A DNA stretch of 64,000 nt, taken from Eukaryota sp. GEM-RC1 (Eukaryota). This document shows positions 1 to 11,115 of this stretch, piece by piece (the first letter of the stretch is position 1; every line of letters starts with the position of its first letter). The translations under genes and the position numbers were made by a program. A model generated the notes under the pieces. The model searched no databases and was not told where the DNA came from. It saw only the letters and a program-made list of their open reading frames with translations. The stretch lies in the NCBI GenBank assembly GCA_040285855.1, contig JAUFOQ010000002.1, forward strand, positions 3,162,001 through 3,226,000, written 5' to 3'.

Positions 1-137
1 TATCTATTGAATATTGCAATAATTGCAATATTTATTTAGGAGTCAACTTTGTTGCAATGTTTGTTGTTTGAACTGAACCTATTGAAATATTTATTGTTGG
101 CCATGAAATTTATTTAAATATTTTTTTCCAACCCCTG
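1..137. mobile_element. Probable right end of a non-autonomous hAT-like element (cut by window edge)
   Basis: Clustered ATTGCAAT motifs ending in TTCCAACCCCTG (reverse complement CAGGGGTTGGAA, hAT-like terminus). Similar motifs recur near 59290-59410. Partner end not visible. Confidence 0.4.
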
Positions 138-839
138 ATCTCAACTTCTCAAATGTTGTCAAGTGTTTTTCACTTCAGATGTATCGTAGGTGTCCCAATA
201 CAAGCAACTTTATATCTGGCACAAGCAAACACATCATACTTCTTCGCAAACTTTCCATTGAAAAAGTGGGTTTCGATTAACGTCTACGTTAGTAATTATT
301 TATAGGATAACATTTTCTCTTCATACCGCTAACCAGTGATGTACAGTCACCAACAACATTTATAACGGTTAATAAAGAACAGAAGTTGTTGTGGTCATAG
401 CACAACATTAATGATTGCTCTTTCACATATTGCACATTTAGATGTATGCCAAAATTGTTGTATATCCCAATTGAAATCAGATGTACATAGATTCTCAACG
501 TAAATGCTGTGGAAATTATACAGTATCAAAAGTACATTAGGATATACAGCGCTCAGAATTTCAGCACGCCTCTACCGAACAATGTTGTTGACTCTACAGA
601 CAGCCTGTTTTACTCTTTACATCCACCTGTATTTACAGAAAACATACTGCACTTGTCAATTACAGCTCCTATAATTCAAAAGAAGAAGAAAATTTAGAAG
701 AGCAGAATTATTTAAAATCATCCAAATAAAAAGGTACACATATAACGCACACAACAACAAAACTACACAAATCCACTCCGAAAATATTCAAAATCCTCAC
801 CTCAGAATCACCACTCATCTTGTAAAACACTCTAAATAA

Positions 840-2380
840 CTATTCTTCGACCCTTACCCTTTTAACATCTTCATCCCCCTCCACTCTTCTCTTCCTATTA
901 TCTCCATTACGTGTCCTTTCCCCATTAGGAAACAACCAATCAGGCAATTCTGACCGTCTCACGTGAGTGATTGTCACGTTCAAAGGCACTGACCGATCCT
1001 TTGTCTGGGTAAGCACTGTCTGAAACTGTTCTACTGCCGGTGTTAGATCAACACACCTCGCAGACGCAATGGTTCCTGGTGCTAGTGACACTTGATGTGA
1101 CAGCGGTTGATGTGCTTCAAGTACCAAACCTAGAACAAAGGCAGTTACTCCCCTCTCACTGTTTTCGAAAGAGGGAAGGCCATGGATGACAATGTTTAAC
1201 ATTTTCAGTAATTTCAAGTTTTGTAATAATCTTTTTCATTCGTGACTCAACAAAACCAGAGTGAAGCCGCCTTCCATCTTCAGAAGAAGACCTGATCTCA
1301 ATCAACAAATAATGACGATACAAGCTCAAAAAGTTGATTGGCTCAAACAAAAGAGACCAATCAGCAGTACCCAACTCAATCTTATTACAAACCTTCAAAC
1401 CTCTCCTAAATTCCTTCTTCATCACAGCTAACGACGACACTGTAACATTATAAGTACAATTCATAGCTGGATATGTAGGTGTAATCACAGGCATTAGATC
1501 TTGTCCTTTGGGGTTTCGCTGATCCCATACTTGATCTGCAAACACTCCTTCATCTTCTACTATTTCATTGAGCTGGACTGGATGAGGCCACTCCCATCTA
1601 TCGTAGACGAAGAAGAAACGTGAGAAGAGAGTAGATGGAGCAGCATTGGGGTAGAGCTGGCAAACACGTGCTACAAGCAGAGCCCAGGTAACACCCCCAG
1701 GTACCCCATAGCATTGTTTTTAATACCACGGTTTTGAGCCCATAGTTTAACGGCACGCAGAGTTAGCTTGAAATTATTGATGTTTGGTACAAGTGACATA
1801 ATCAGCTCAGCTACACGAGGTCCGTTGATCTGCCGTACGTAGTTCCGTTCAACATTGCGGAGGATTGAAGGGGACATAATATCAAAGTCAGGTGGGATTG
1901 TTGAGAGATTGGTTTTTCCAAGGAGAAGATCAATGGAGATGCCATCAAAAATGAACTTCATAACTGGTGTTGTAGCCTTGGGGACAGCCACGAGCTCAGT
2001 GACCTCAGGGATAACCTCTATCATCTTCTTTAACTTGTCAAAAAGTCCTCATGCTCAATGTGTTTTGGAGTGATACACAAAACATCGATATCAGCTCCAG
2101 CTCCATGGACTCCAAGTTTATAAGAACCGAAGGTGAAAAGAGTCGGACTGGATTCATTGATAAGTTGGTCTGAATGAGATTTTTGACGTGAGACTTCGCT
2201 AATCCAGTGGGAAACTATACCACCAAGACGTATAAGAACTTGCTCACGTTTACGAGCTTCTTGTTCAGATTCAAAGATTCCAACGGAACGGAGATGTTCT
2301 TCTAATTGATAACTGACTTTTTTGTCATGTTCAGTGGGATGAGCAGTAGAAAGTACTGCTGTAACACCAGGAGAAGCCAT
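840..2380 (-). CDS. PAP1: Canonical poly(A) polymerase (3 apparent 1-nt indels)
   Basis: FGSYKLG..ADIDVLC nucleotidyltransferase motif, DGISIDLL, LRAVKLWA, MPVITPTYPAMN. Frame is restored by single-base fixes at a T run (~2040), a G run (~1696) and ~1172. Confidence 0.93.
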
Positions 2381-2462
2381 AACCTGATATAAGTCAAAGA
2401 GAGATCACTAAACTCTTTGACATTTTCACTCTCGCACCAGAACTCCTTTTTGAAATTGATAC

Positions 2463-3066
2463 ATGTGGATCTTCAACTGGTTCTTTAGATTTCTTCAGGC
2501 TATTGGTCTCTACTCTAAAAAGGCACGCATTCTTCTTCTTGGACTTGATAATGCTGGAAAAAGCACACTACTGAACATGCTCAAGTACGGTAAAGTTTCT
2601 ACCCCTCAGCCTACTCAGCATGAGGTTCACGCTCAACTTTCTCTCGGCGCTCTACGCATTGATGCTATCGATCTCGGTGGTCATGAAACGGGTTTGTTCC
2701 TTAATCCTTCTCACGTCAGCAAGAACTGCTTGGCGAGACCATTATGTTGGTGCGGATGCCGTTGTTTTCGTTGTTGATGCTGCTGATCCCGCTCGTTTCG
2801 ATGAATCCCGCGACGAACTTCAATCTCTATTACAAGATTCTCTTTTAGACAACATCCCATTTGTCATTCTTGGCAATAAGATTGACCTTCCAAATGCAGT
2901 ATCTGAACAAGAACTAAAGAGTCAACTCGGAATCTCGTTGATGTGTACTGGTAAACAAAAGAATCTTCCATCGCCAGATCACAGACCACTTGAAGTATTT
3001 ATGTGTTCTGTTGTTGAAAAAACTGGGTTTGCAGATGGTTTTAAATATTTGGCAGACTTTTTGTGA
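2463..3066 (+). CDS. SAR1: Small GTPase Sar1, two exons (intron 2692-2719)
   Basis: GLDNAGKS, DLGGH, NKID, FMCSVV motifs. Removing the 28-nt GTTTGT...CTCACGTCAG intron gives DLGGHETARTAW. Confidence 0.96.
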
Positions 3067-3891
3067 TTTTTTCTTTTAACATAAAACATTTCACGTGTTG
3101 TAAGTTTTGAATTTTGAAAGGATGACAGAAAATGCAAAAACCAACATTAGAAGTCAATTACCAGACTATAGCTTTCACGACAACGTTGCAAGTCTTCTTT
3201 GGAATGGATCACAGTTCCCACATTCAGCTTCTCCCATTAGGGCCAAAGGTTTGCAATAATGGGAGGGTAAATTGTAATTGAGGATTTCAAGAGCAAAAGA
3301 ATATGACAAATGTGTTTTTGATACTTATTCTGTACTTCTTAAGATTTACGAAAACATAACCACCATCCATCCACCATCATTCATAGATGACTATCTAAAC
3401 TCCTTCAGAGATTATTGTTAAACGACCGGTACAGTTCTTAATTTTATTCATTGAAGGTTACAAAGACTAATCCTTTACCCTCTTAAACAGTTAGAAGTCC
3501 TAGACTTAGTTTCGTGGACATACTCCGCGGAAATATAATCTTTGCCAACTCTACATATTGCAATGCCTTATCTGTGTTCAACAAACGTCATATGAACTTG
3601 ATGCTTCTGGTTGTGATACAAGGATGTTTTTCAAAAACTGTAAAGAAGAACAATCAATGTTAACAAACTATCTTAAACTAAGACACTAGTAAAATGTTAA
3701 AAGAGACTTTTACTTTTTCCTAGATAAATAGAAGTCAACGTACCGAAAATGGTTTAACGATGAACTATAATACCCAATCAATATACTGAAATACGTACAA
3801 ATTATGAAAGAGAGTGTTAAAACCAGACAATACACATGTCATTTTACTTAACTCATTGTTTACCAATTTTATGAGTGGATGAAACCATGGA

Positions 3892-5935
3892 TAGGGATGG
3901 GCGAACTCCAACTCGACTTCACTCCACTCGTAGAAATTATAGAACTCCTACTCGACTTCTCTCCAAACAATAAATTTTACAAGTTAACTTCACGACAAAT
4001 TCACTTCACTCCAACTCAAGTCACATGTAGACTTCACTTCACACAAATTTGTTGAACTTATTCTCTTTATAAAATTCCTTTCATTTGGCGCTTTTGGCGC
4101 TTCTTCCAGGTATACACAACGGTGACTCAATGTGTCTCGATTCATACTAAAACAAACACTGTTAGATATCCACCATGATGATGTCATCACGATGTTTCTT
4201 TCTATTTTTCTGTGAAAATTTCAATGGTTACTAAAGAAGAGTTTCAGTATTTATTTCCAAAAACTGTGTTCAAAATTTGGTAAACAGGTCTTCCTGTACG
4301 ATAGTTTTAACTTTTTGGCCTTTTAAGCGAAAGAGTAGATAATTTAATTTTCTTTGGTCGATGTTAATCTTTCTCTCTAACTTGGCTGAAATTGATGAGA
4401 CTAAGATTCCATTTCATGCTTTTTATTCATCTGCATTCGCAGGGGTAGGTTTCACCCATGCAAAAATCATTATGAATTTTTAAAACGGTTTCCGTTGGAT
4501 GGAATCAATCTGTTGAATTCCAGTAATTGTCGTTGGATTCAATCTGCTAAAGATTTGGTAGCATCTTTGTCTCCTGAAATGTGGGAATCTTTGTTCCCTG
4601 CTCATTTGAAGGAGACTCCTTTAAACAATATTTCATCTCTACCATCTGCTGTATGTAAACTGCAAACTAAATTGACAAAGGAGTTTGAACTCTTGGACTT
4701 TAATAATCGGATTAGCTTGGCTAAAACTAATAGTCCCTAATAAATAATAATAAAACTAATAGTTTTTTAATGGACCTTTGTAATAGTGGACCTTCTGGAT
4801 TTATTTCTCAAATTCCTAAGGTGTTTGGATTACATCTATCTGATGAAGCTTGGATGATCAATATGCGTCTTCGTTTGGGTATTTGGCCTGCAAATTTATT
4901 CAACTATTCAACTTGCTCGTGTGGAGCTAACGGTGTTTTTCGTCATTTAATTAATTGTCGTTATTTTATTCATCTACGTGCAGTAATTCATGATGGTGTA
5001 CGTGATTGTTGTTATTCCATGTTTAAGCACATGGTTTTCGCTCTAAAGTTGAACCAGTTTTGAATCATCTTTCAGAAAATGAATTTACTGATCAACAAAG
5101 AGGGGATCTCCATACTCCGTGGCTTAAATCGAGTCAATCATTAATGGATTTTACTACAGTAGATGTTTGTAACAAATCTTGTGTTAGTAGGATATTAGAT
5201 TCTTCTTTTAATCCATTAACAGCTGCTGAAAAGCTCAAACACTCAAAGTATGACTCTCAAGTAGAAGAAATTAATCGAAACTCATATTCCACATTTGTGT
5301 TTCAACCTTTTGCTGTTTCTCTTTTTGGATCTAATAGTCCTGCTGGTGATCAATTTTTCAAGGATTTCGAAGAATTGTGTAAAGAAAGGAAGCGTAAGTT
5401 TAGAATGGCTGAATGGAAAAACCGTATAGTGTTTTCCATATATCGGAATATGCCTTCCATTTTCTCTCGATTAATTGAGAAATTGTTAATTGTGTTTACG
5501 TCTTTAGATTTTAAGTATCTTTGAGAGATAAAAGATTTTTTACATTGAGAAACTGTACAAGTTTGGCGTGAAGGTTAATGTTGAAAAACGTAATATTTTA
5601 CTATTTTACCGGGTGGTGATGAAGTCGTTTGGATTTAATCTTAGTATTATTTGTTTGTTTTTACAATTTCATAGTTATGTAGGAAGGTTACCTTATTGGG
5701 TACTGAATAAATATTGTTTTTTTATGATAACTACAAATAGTGTAACTCCCCCTTAATATAGGGGTTTTTTGTAAATTATGTACAATACTTACATAGGAAT
5801 TCTAATGAAATAGCAAGTTTCAGTCCAACTCGACTTACTCATAAAGTTCTGACAAAACTCCAACTCGTAGAATTTTGGAGTGAAGTGTAGTTTGAGTCTT
5901 GGAGTAAAACTCGAGTGGAGTTTTGCCCATCCTTA
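3892..5935. mobile_element. Non-autonomous hAT-like element containing a retrotransposon fragment
   Basis: Imperfect TIRs TAGGGATGGGCGAACTCCA / TGGAGTTTTGCCCATCCTTA; ACTCCA/ACTCG subterminal repeats at both ends; no TSD found. Confidence 0.7.
4330..5524 (+). mobile_element. 5'-truncated, degenerate RLE-type (CRE-like) non-LTR retrotransposon
   Basis: CSCG..H..NC zinc knuckle, HDGVRD, RGD..P....DFT.VD, AEKLKHSKY, FQPFAVSLFG restriction-like endonuclease motifs; stops and frameshifts; 5' boundary approximate. Confidence 0.75.
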
Positions 5936-6080
5936 GTTATGGTTAATCATATCGTTTTTACTATTTTTAAAACAGTTCCAACAATAATCTCCTTGCTGAA
6001 TGTGAGTTCCTTTTATGAGGACAAAGCTGTTGTAAGGTTTAATAGCGACGCGTGTTGTTTCAATGATATTAAATTTTAGT
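5936..6080 (+). mobile_element. Short 3' tail of an RLE retrotransposon
   Basis: Translates IVFTIFKTVPTII..SSFYEDKAVVRFNSDACCFNDIKF*, homologous to the C-terminus of the 41664-42064 and 21335-21841 copies. Related DNA at 56750-56897 (inverted) and 37234-37345. Confidence 0.65.
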
Positions 6081-6480
6081 GGTTTGATCTATTACATTTA
6101 TAATAAATAGGGATTATTACAGAAATACCAGTCAACGAAAATTCGGAATTTCACTTATACCCTACTTCTTCCAAACTACCAGTGATGCTTATAAACTAGG
6201 AAGAGCATCTTCCTGTCTCCCCTACATTAGACAGTGTGTATGACAATAAACATGATCTTCTATTGTCTGTATATCATGAATCTCTCCAAACATGGCGCGA
6301 GGTAAAAACTACTGACTCAGACACCACAAGGCTTTTGATTCGCTATACAGTGGCAGGTTGCACGTTTTCTTTGAACAGTCATAAAAGACAAGACGATAAT
6401 TGGTACACTACTACAATATTAAGAAAAAACGGCACCGTAGTGTGTATGAGTTTTAGTTTATTATCTTAGATATAGCAGCG

Positions 6481-6583
6481 TAGGAGACAATTTCCTGTTA
6501 GGCAATCTGGACTTTGAGGATATTGATTATTAGATGTATGTACTGTAATGTTGTTGTCAATAAAGCACTATGATTAAAAAAAA
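6481..6583 (+). mobile_element. Very short 3' tail of an RLE retrotransposon with A tail
   Basis: GGCAATCTGGACTTTGAGGATATTGATTATTAGATGTATG is shared with the end of the copy at ~21809-21848, followed by an A run. Confidence 0.65.
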
Positions 6584-8164
6584 GATATATCAGCAAAAGT
6601 CACAATAAAGAAGCTTAGAAGAAAGGTATATTCTTCACTGGTATATTTGATATGGGTATGGTAGTTCCGACAAATAAAAATGTTGTCACTGGTATTTTTG
6701 TGAAAGGTCCAAATAAATAAAGTTCCAAAAAAATAAAGAATGTTTAGTAAAAAACTATTTGAAACTATTTTATGAAAGGTCCTAACCGTTCCGTCAATAA
6801 CATCAGAAAGTTATACAGTAGATGCCAATTATCTGTTCCAACTACATACAGTATTGCAGTACAGTATTGGTGGAAAAAACAAGACACAATAAGATACTAT
6901 CTGAATTTTCTTCCTCGAATCGTGCAACATTATTTGTTTGATGTTACTGACGTAAACAACAACGATAAATCAATACATACGCTGGAGATTTTTGTTAGTG
7001 GTCGACATCTGCAAATTCTAAAAATTCCGACGAACATTCTCAGCTATCGGTATATTATTTAAATAATAGTATTTATTCGCGTGTGGGAGAGACATCTAAA
7101 CCGTATTGTGAACTCACAAGAATTAAAAAGGGCTAAGAGCCCTGCTTCTTTTGACTTGTTTCTGGTCTACGCTCTTTCGACTCGGAAACACAATGGAAAC
7201 TTTGACTTTTCACTTCATTATTTTCTAGAGCTTGGTTCATGTCCTGATCCAGTTGAATGCTGATCAGAAATCGGTCAAAATGCATTCAACCGTTTAGTTT
7301 TAACTAATCCAACGGATCCATTACGTTACCGTTTCAATCACTATGTAGTCGATAATATTTGTAACGATGTGAAATCTGTGAAGTCCAGAAGACATCTGTG
7401 GATTCCAAATATCAACAAATTACTACAGATGATGCTACTATCTGTGATAAGTTCCCTGAACTTGATATTGATCCGATAAAAAACCCAGATGAGGTGGTTT
7501 CTTTCTTACAAGAAAAAATCTGGAGAAAGTCATTAGAACTGCCAGAGCCTGCAAAAAATGGGGAAAGAAGGACAGCAAAGTAAAGGTAAAACGTAGCAGT
7601 TATAAAATTTAATAAAAATTACATTGATTGTATGAATTTAATGAAAGTAGTCAAATCTTGAGAATTTCTCTCAAAAAGTGGTTTCAGAATACAGCAAGAA
7701 AAAAAGTGGGAGTTATGCAGCAGGATCGTATTTATAGAAACCTAGTAGATATCTCTCATCACTTAGAAGATATCCTTGAGGATATCTAGACATTGTGACA
7801 AGCATGAGTAATTCCATTTTACCGTATTCAATAAGTTGACTAACTAAGTCATCGGCAACAATTTGACGCGTTGATATTACTGGAACATCGCCTCTAATGT
7901 AAACTAAAGTAGAGTTCAGTCAAATCTAATTCATCATCAGACAATGCTGTCATACTCCTCATCTGTTGATGAAAGAAGGATGAGGAAAGAAGGATGAGCT
8001 ACTACTGTAGAACTATATTAATCTTTCGGAGGAACAAGCCATAAACGTCGCATCAAACGGGAATCGCTGCAATAAGTCAGGTTATTTCAGTTGAAAGTAA
8101 TCCGTGAGGATCGAGTGCAAGCACTTCGTCAAACGCCGGCAAGTTAACTTGAAAGTCATCTTCA

Positions 8165-8682
8165 ATGACCAAACCTTCCATTACTGTGTTAAAACATCTC
8201 TTCACAGTAACTCTTATAGGCCTGTTTCTCATTACACAGGGAGCATTTCTTCTCAAGAGCGTTTTTCACGTTGAATCTTTTTCCAGTCTTTTGGAATCGA
8301 AGGAGATTTCCAACATCATTCTTATCAACCTTGCAAAAATAGGCGATGTAACATTCGGTTTGTTCCAAAACTTCTAACCTCAGCTCATCCTCTTGTTTTT
8401 GATTGGTTTGCCTTGGTTGGATTGCTCACGGCCATGGGCTATATCTTCTACGCCTTATTAAAAGTTGTCCGTTTCATCCTTCACTTCTTCAAGTCATTCC
8501 TCATTGTTTTAGCTTTTCTACTAACAGCTCCCGCAATGTATTTTCTCATGGTTAAATCCCATTTTATCACTGAAGATCAAATCCAACATCCGATATTTCA
8601 ATTCATCATTAAGTGTTACAAATCGATCATTTTCTATATTCCTGTTGCTCTGAAAAAGGCCATTGTTGCTTCTTTTAGTTGA
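8165..8682 (+). CDS. Hypothetical multi-pass membrane protein (one apparent frameshift)
   Basis: Two consecutive hydrophobic ORFs that join by a frameshift near 8370; no recognisable family. Confidence 0.45.
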
Positions 8683-8840
8683 AGTTAACTTACTTTCGAC
8701 AACTGTCCGGTTCGTAGTAACTCTATTTTTGTGTGTGATATAAAATCGGTGTGTGAATATCTGTCAGATTTATTAGTAGATGTAAACTTTCTGAATCACT
8801 GAAGTATCAGATCACAGGGGAAAAGAAAAGATTACTTGGA

Positions 8841-9179
8841 TCATTGATTGAAACAAGTGTCCACCTTGGTTCGATCCAAACAATCCCCTTCTTCAACTTT
8901 ACAGAGAACTTTTCTTCCATCAGTGGTTATAATAGTTGGGATAGACGATAACTTCCAGAGAGGATGTGTTCGAAGTTCATGGTTGGTGGACTTCCAGTAT
9001 GACTTATCACCAACATTTACTTTGTAGACAGAAAGATCGGAATATTGTTCAGCTGTTGACTCAATGATAGGAGCAGCACTTACGCAATCAGGACACCAAG
9101 ATTCACTAAATACAAATACGGTTGGTTTGTTGATCTCATCAACAACATCTTCTAATTGATCAAGAGCCAAGTGTTGCAT
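8841..9179 (-). CDS. Thioredoxin-like protein, TXNDC17/TRP14 type
   Basis: WCPDC active site, VNVGDKSYWK, cis-Pro loop SIPT. Confidence 0.85.
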   Translation of the reverse strand: MQHLALDQLEDVVDEINKPTVFVFSESWCPDCVSAAPIIESTAEQYSDLSVYKVNVGDKSYWKSTNHELRTHPLWKLSSIPTIITTDGRKVLCKVEEGDCLDRTKVDTCFNQ

Positions 9180-9197
9180 TCAAAGTGAAGAAAAAAG

Positions 9198-9848
9198 CAG
9201 TGTTGCGCCATAACCAAAATAAATTTGCCATACGCGTATGGGCGTATGGGCGTATGGACGTATGGTAGAATGGCAGAATGGCTGACAATGGCGATCAAGT
9301 CATATCTAGCAGAATCTTGCCAACATCACTTAACTTCAGAATGTCTAAATACCATCTCATACACTTCAATTTGTCATTAAATTAGTAAAACAAGTATGCT
9401 CTGCAGAATCGTGTGAAAGAGTTTGAGTACGCACTCATTCATTCACAACAAACGATGAAACAGACTTTTTGTAGTTTTTTCATTTTATAGAACTATTATT
9501 AAAAAAAGTGAGATAACAACAAAAACGGATCTGTAATGGAACGCACAAAAACTGGTTTCTATACACATCAATGGAACTCAGATCAAAGACATCCAGCAAT
9601 GGAAGCAGAGATGGTATCCTGATGGTGATACTTTTCCAATGAGATGGATGATGTGAAGGTTTGGTTTTCAATAAAGTATATTTATCTACATAATTATAAA
9701 CAAGTCATAGAGTCTCTGCGTCGAAGAAGTTCAAATACAGATACATGTAGTCAAAATGCGTATGGCAAAAACAGAAAATGCCATACGCGTATGGGCGTAT
9801 GGACGTATGGGAGTCCATACGTGTATGGCAAACAATGGCGCAACACTG
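9198..9848. mobile_element. hAT-type MITE, 651 bp
   Basis: Perfect 14-bp TIR CAGTGTTGCGCCAT, 8-bp TSD GAAAAAAG (9190-9197 / 9849-9856), CGTATGG subterminal repeats. Confidence 0.93.
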
Positions 9849-9889
9849 GAAAAAAGTTCAAAGTGGATTTCTTCCTCAATTCCATCTTG

Positions 9890-10720
9890 ATGAGTCGTCC
9901 TGAACATCAAGCACCTCCCGATGTCTTCTACAATGATACTGAGGCTCGTAAGTACACTAGAAACTCTCGTATTATAAAAGTTCAAAAACAAATGGCTGAA
10001 CGTGCACTAGAACTTTTAGACTTTCCCGAAGATAGTGGCCCCAAGTTTCTTCTGGACATAGGTTGTGGTTCTGGACTCAGTGGCGAAGTTCTATCCGACG
10101 CTGGACACATCTGGTCTGGGATCGACATTTCTACTTCAATGCTTGAAGTTGCTACTGAGAAAGACTCTGACGGTGACCTGTTTGAAAGCGATATGGGTCT
10201 GGGCTTATTCTTCAGAGCTGGTGTCTTTGATGGCGTCATTTCCATCTCTGCTATTCAATGGCTATGTCAATCAGACAGATCAGAACACATTCCCTTCAAA
10301 CGACTTGTTCTCTTCTTCAACACACTTTACGCTTGTCTAACAAGAGGAGCGTCTGCGGTTTTCCAGTTCTACCCAGAAAATCCTCAACAAATGGAACTCA
10401 TCACTTCATGTGCTATGAAAGCCGGGTTCAGCGGGGGTCTAGTAGTAGATAATCCTACCAGTTCCAAAGCAAAGAAAATGTTTTTAGTTCTTCATACCAC
10501 CTCGAAGTCACTTCCTTCTGCTGTGAATGAACACATCGACTCCTGTCCAGCTGCCGCGATCTTTGAATCTCGAAGATCGAGAGATGGGTCTGGCAAAGGG
10601 AAACCACTGGTTAAGTCTAAGGAATGGATAGCTAAGAAGAAGGATAGGGCTAGGAGGCAGGGAAAGGAGGTGAAGAGTGACTCAAAGTATTCGGGACGTA
10701 AGAGGAAACCGAAATTTTAA
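9890..10720 (+). CDS. BUD23: 18S rRNA m7G methyltransferase Bud23/WBSCR22
   Basis: MSRPEHQAPP start, LDIGCGSGLSG SAM motif, ISISAIQWLC, C-terminal DSKYSGRKRKPKF. The ORF-track N-extension lies in the MITE. Confidence 0.96.
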   Translation: MSRPEHQAPPDVFYNDTEARKYTRNSRIIKVQKQMAERALELLDFPEDSGPKFLLDIGCGSGLSGEVLSDAGHIWSGIDISTSMLEVATEKDSDGDLFESDMGLGLFFRAGVFDGVISISAIQWLCQSDRSEHIPFKRLVLFFNTLYACLTRGASAVFQFYPENPQQMELITSCAMKAGFSGGLVVDNPTSSKAKKMFLVLHTTSKSLPSAVNEHIDSCPAAAIFESRRSRDGSGKGKPLVKSKEWIAKKKDRARRQGKEVKSDSKYSGRKRKPKF

Positions 10721-11115
10721 TTTTTTGGATATTTTTAGTTTTATTTTTAGCTTTTATCTGAATTTAGTTTGGGTGTGGTTTTTTTGTCACAATAGGTTTG
10801 TTATACTACCAGTTACATCACTTGTGATGTTGTTAGCCTTTGTTTAATGTTTCTCAATGAGTAAGATTCTTTTTTAGTTTTGGATTACATATTGGTTTGT
10901 ACAAGACCTCAATATACATCACAGTCGCTGAAGTTTCTACCCGAAATACCCCTTTTATATATTTTGCAGGCAACAAATAAACTCACATCCAGGATTCATA
11001 CAATAAACAGAAAAATAACTGTAAATTAAAAGTCAACCAAAACATTATTTGGGTTTAATCATCAAAAAGCCCAAAAAACTGTGGCAGAAAGCAAATCTTC
11101 AAAATTTTAACCCTA

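Noticed and set aside
5995..6035. Hammerhead-like TGAG..GGAC(G)AA motif in a dispersed repeat
   Set aside because: The CUGANGA and GAAA cores are not intact, and the repeat translates as the retrotransposon ORF C-terminus.
6108..6784. Further TIR element (TAGGGATT..AAATACCAGT / ACTGGTATTT..GGTCC)
   Set aside because: The inverted repeat is too degenerate and no TSD was found.
7081..7583. Short ORFs as a gene
   Set aside because: Interrupted by stops with no recognisable motif; possibly a relic.
9644..9889. N-terminal extension of Bud23
   Set aside because: It derives mostly from MITE sequence; the conserved start is MSRPE at 9890.
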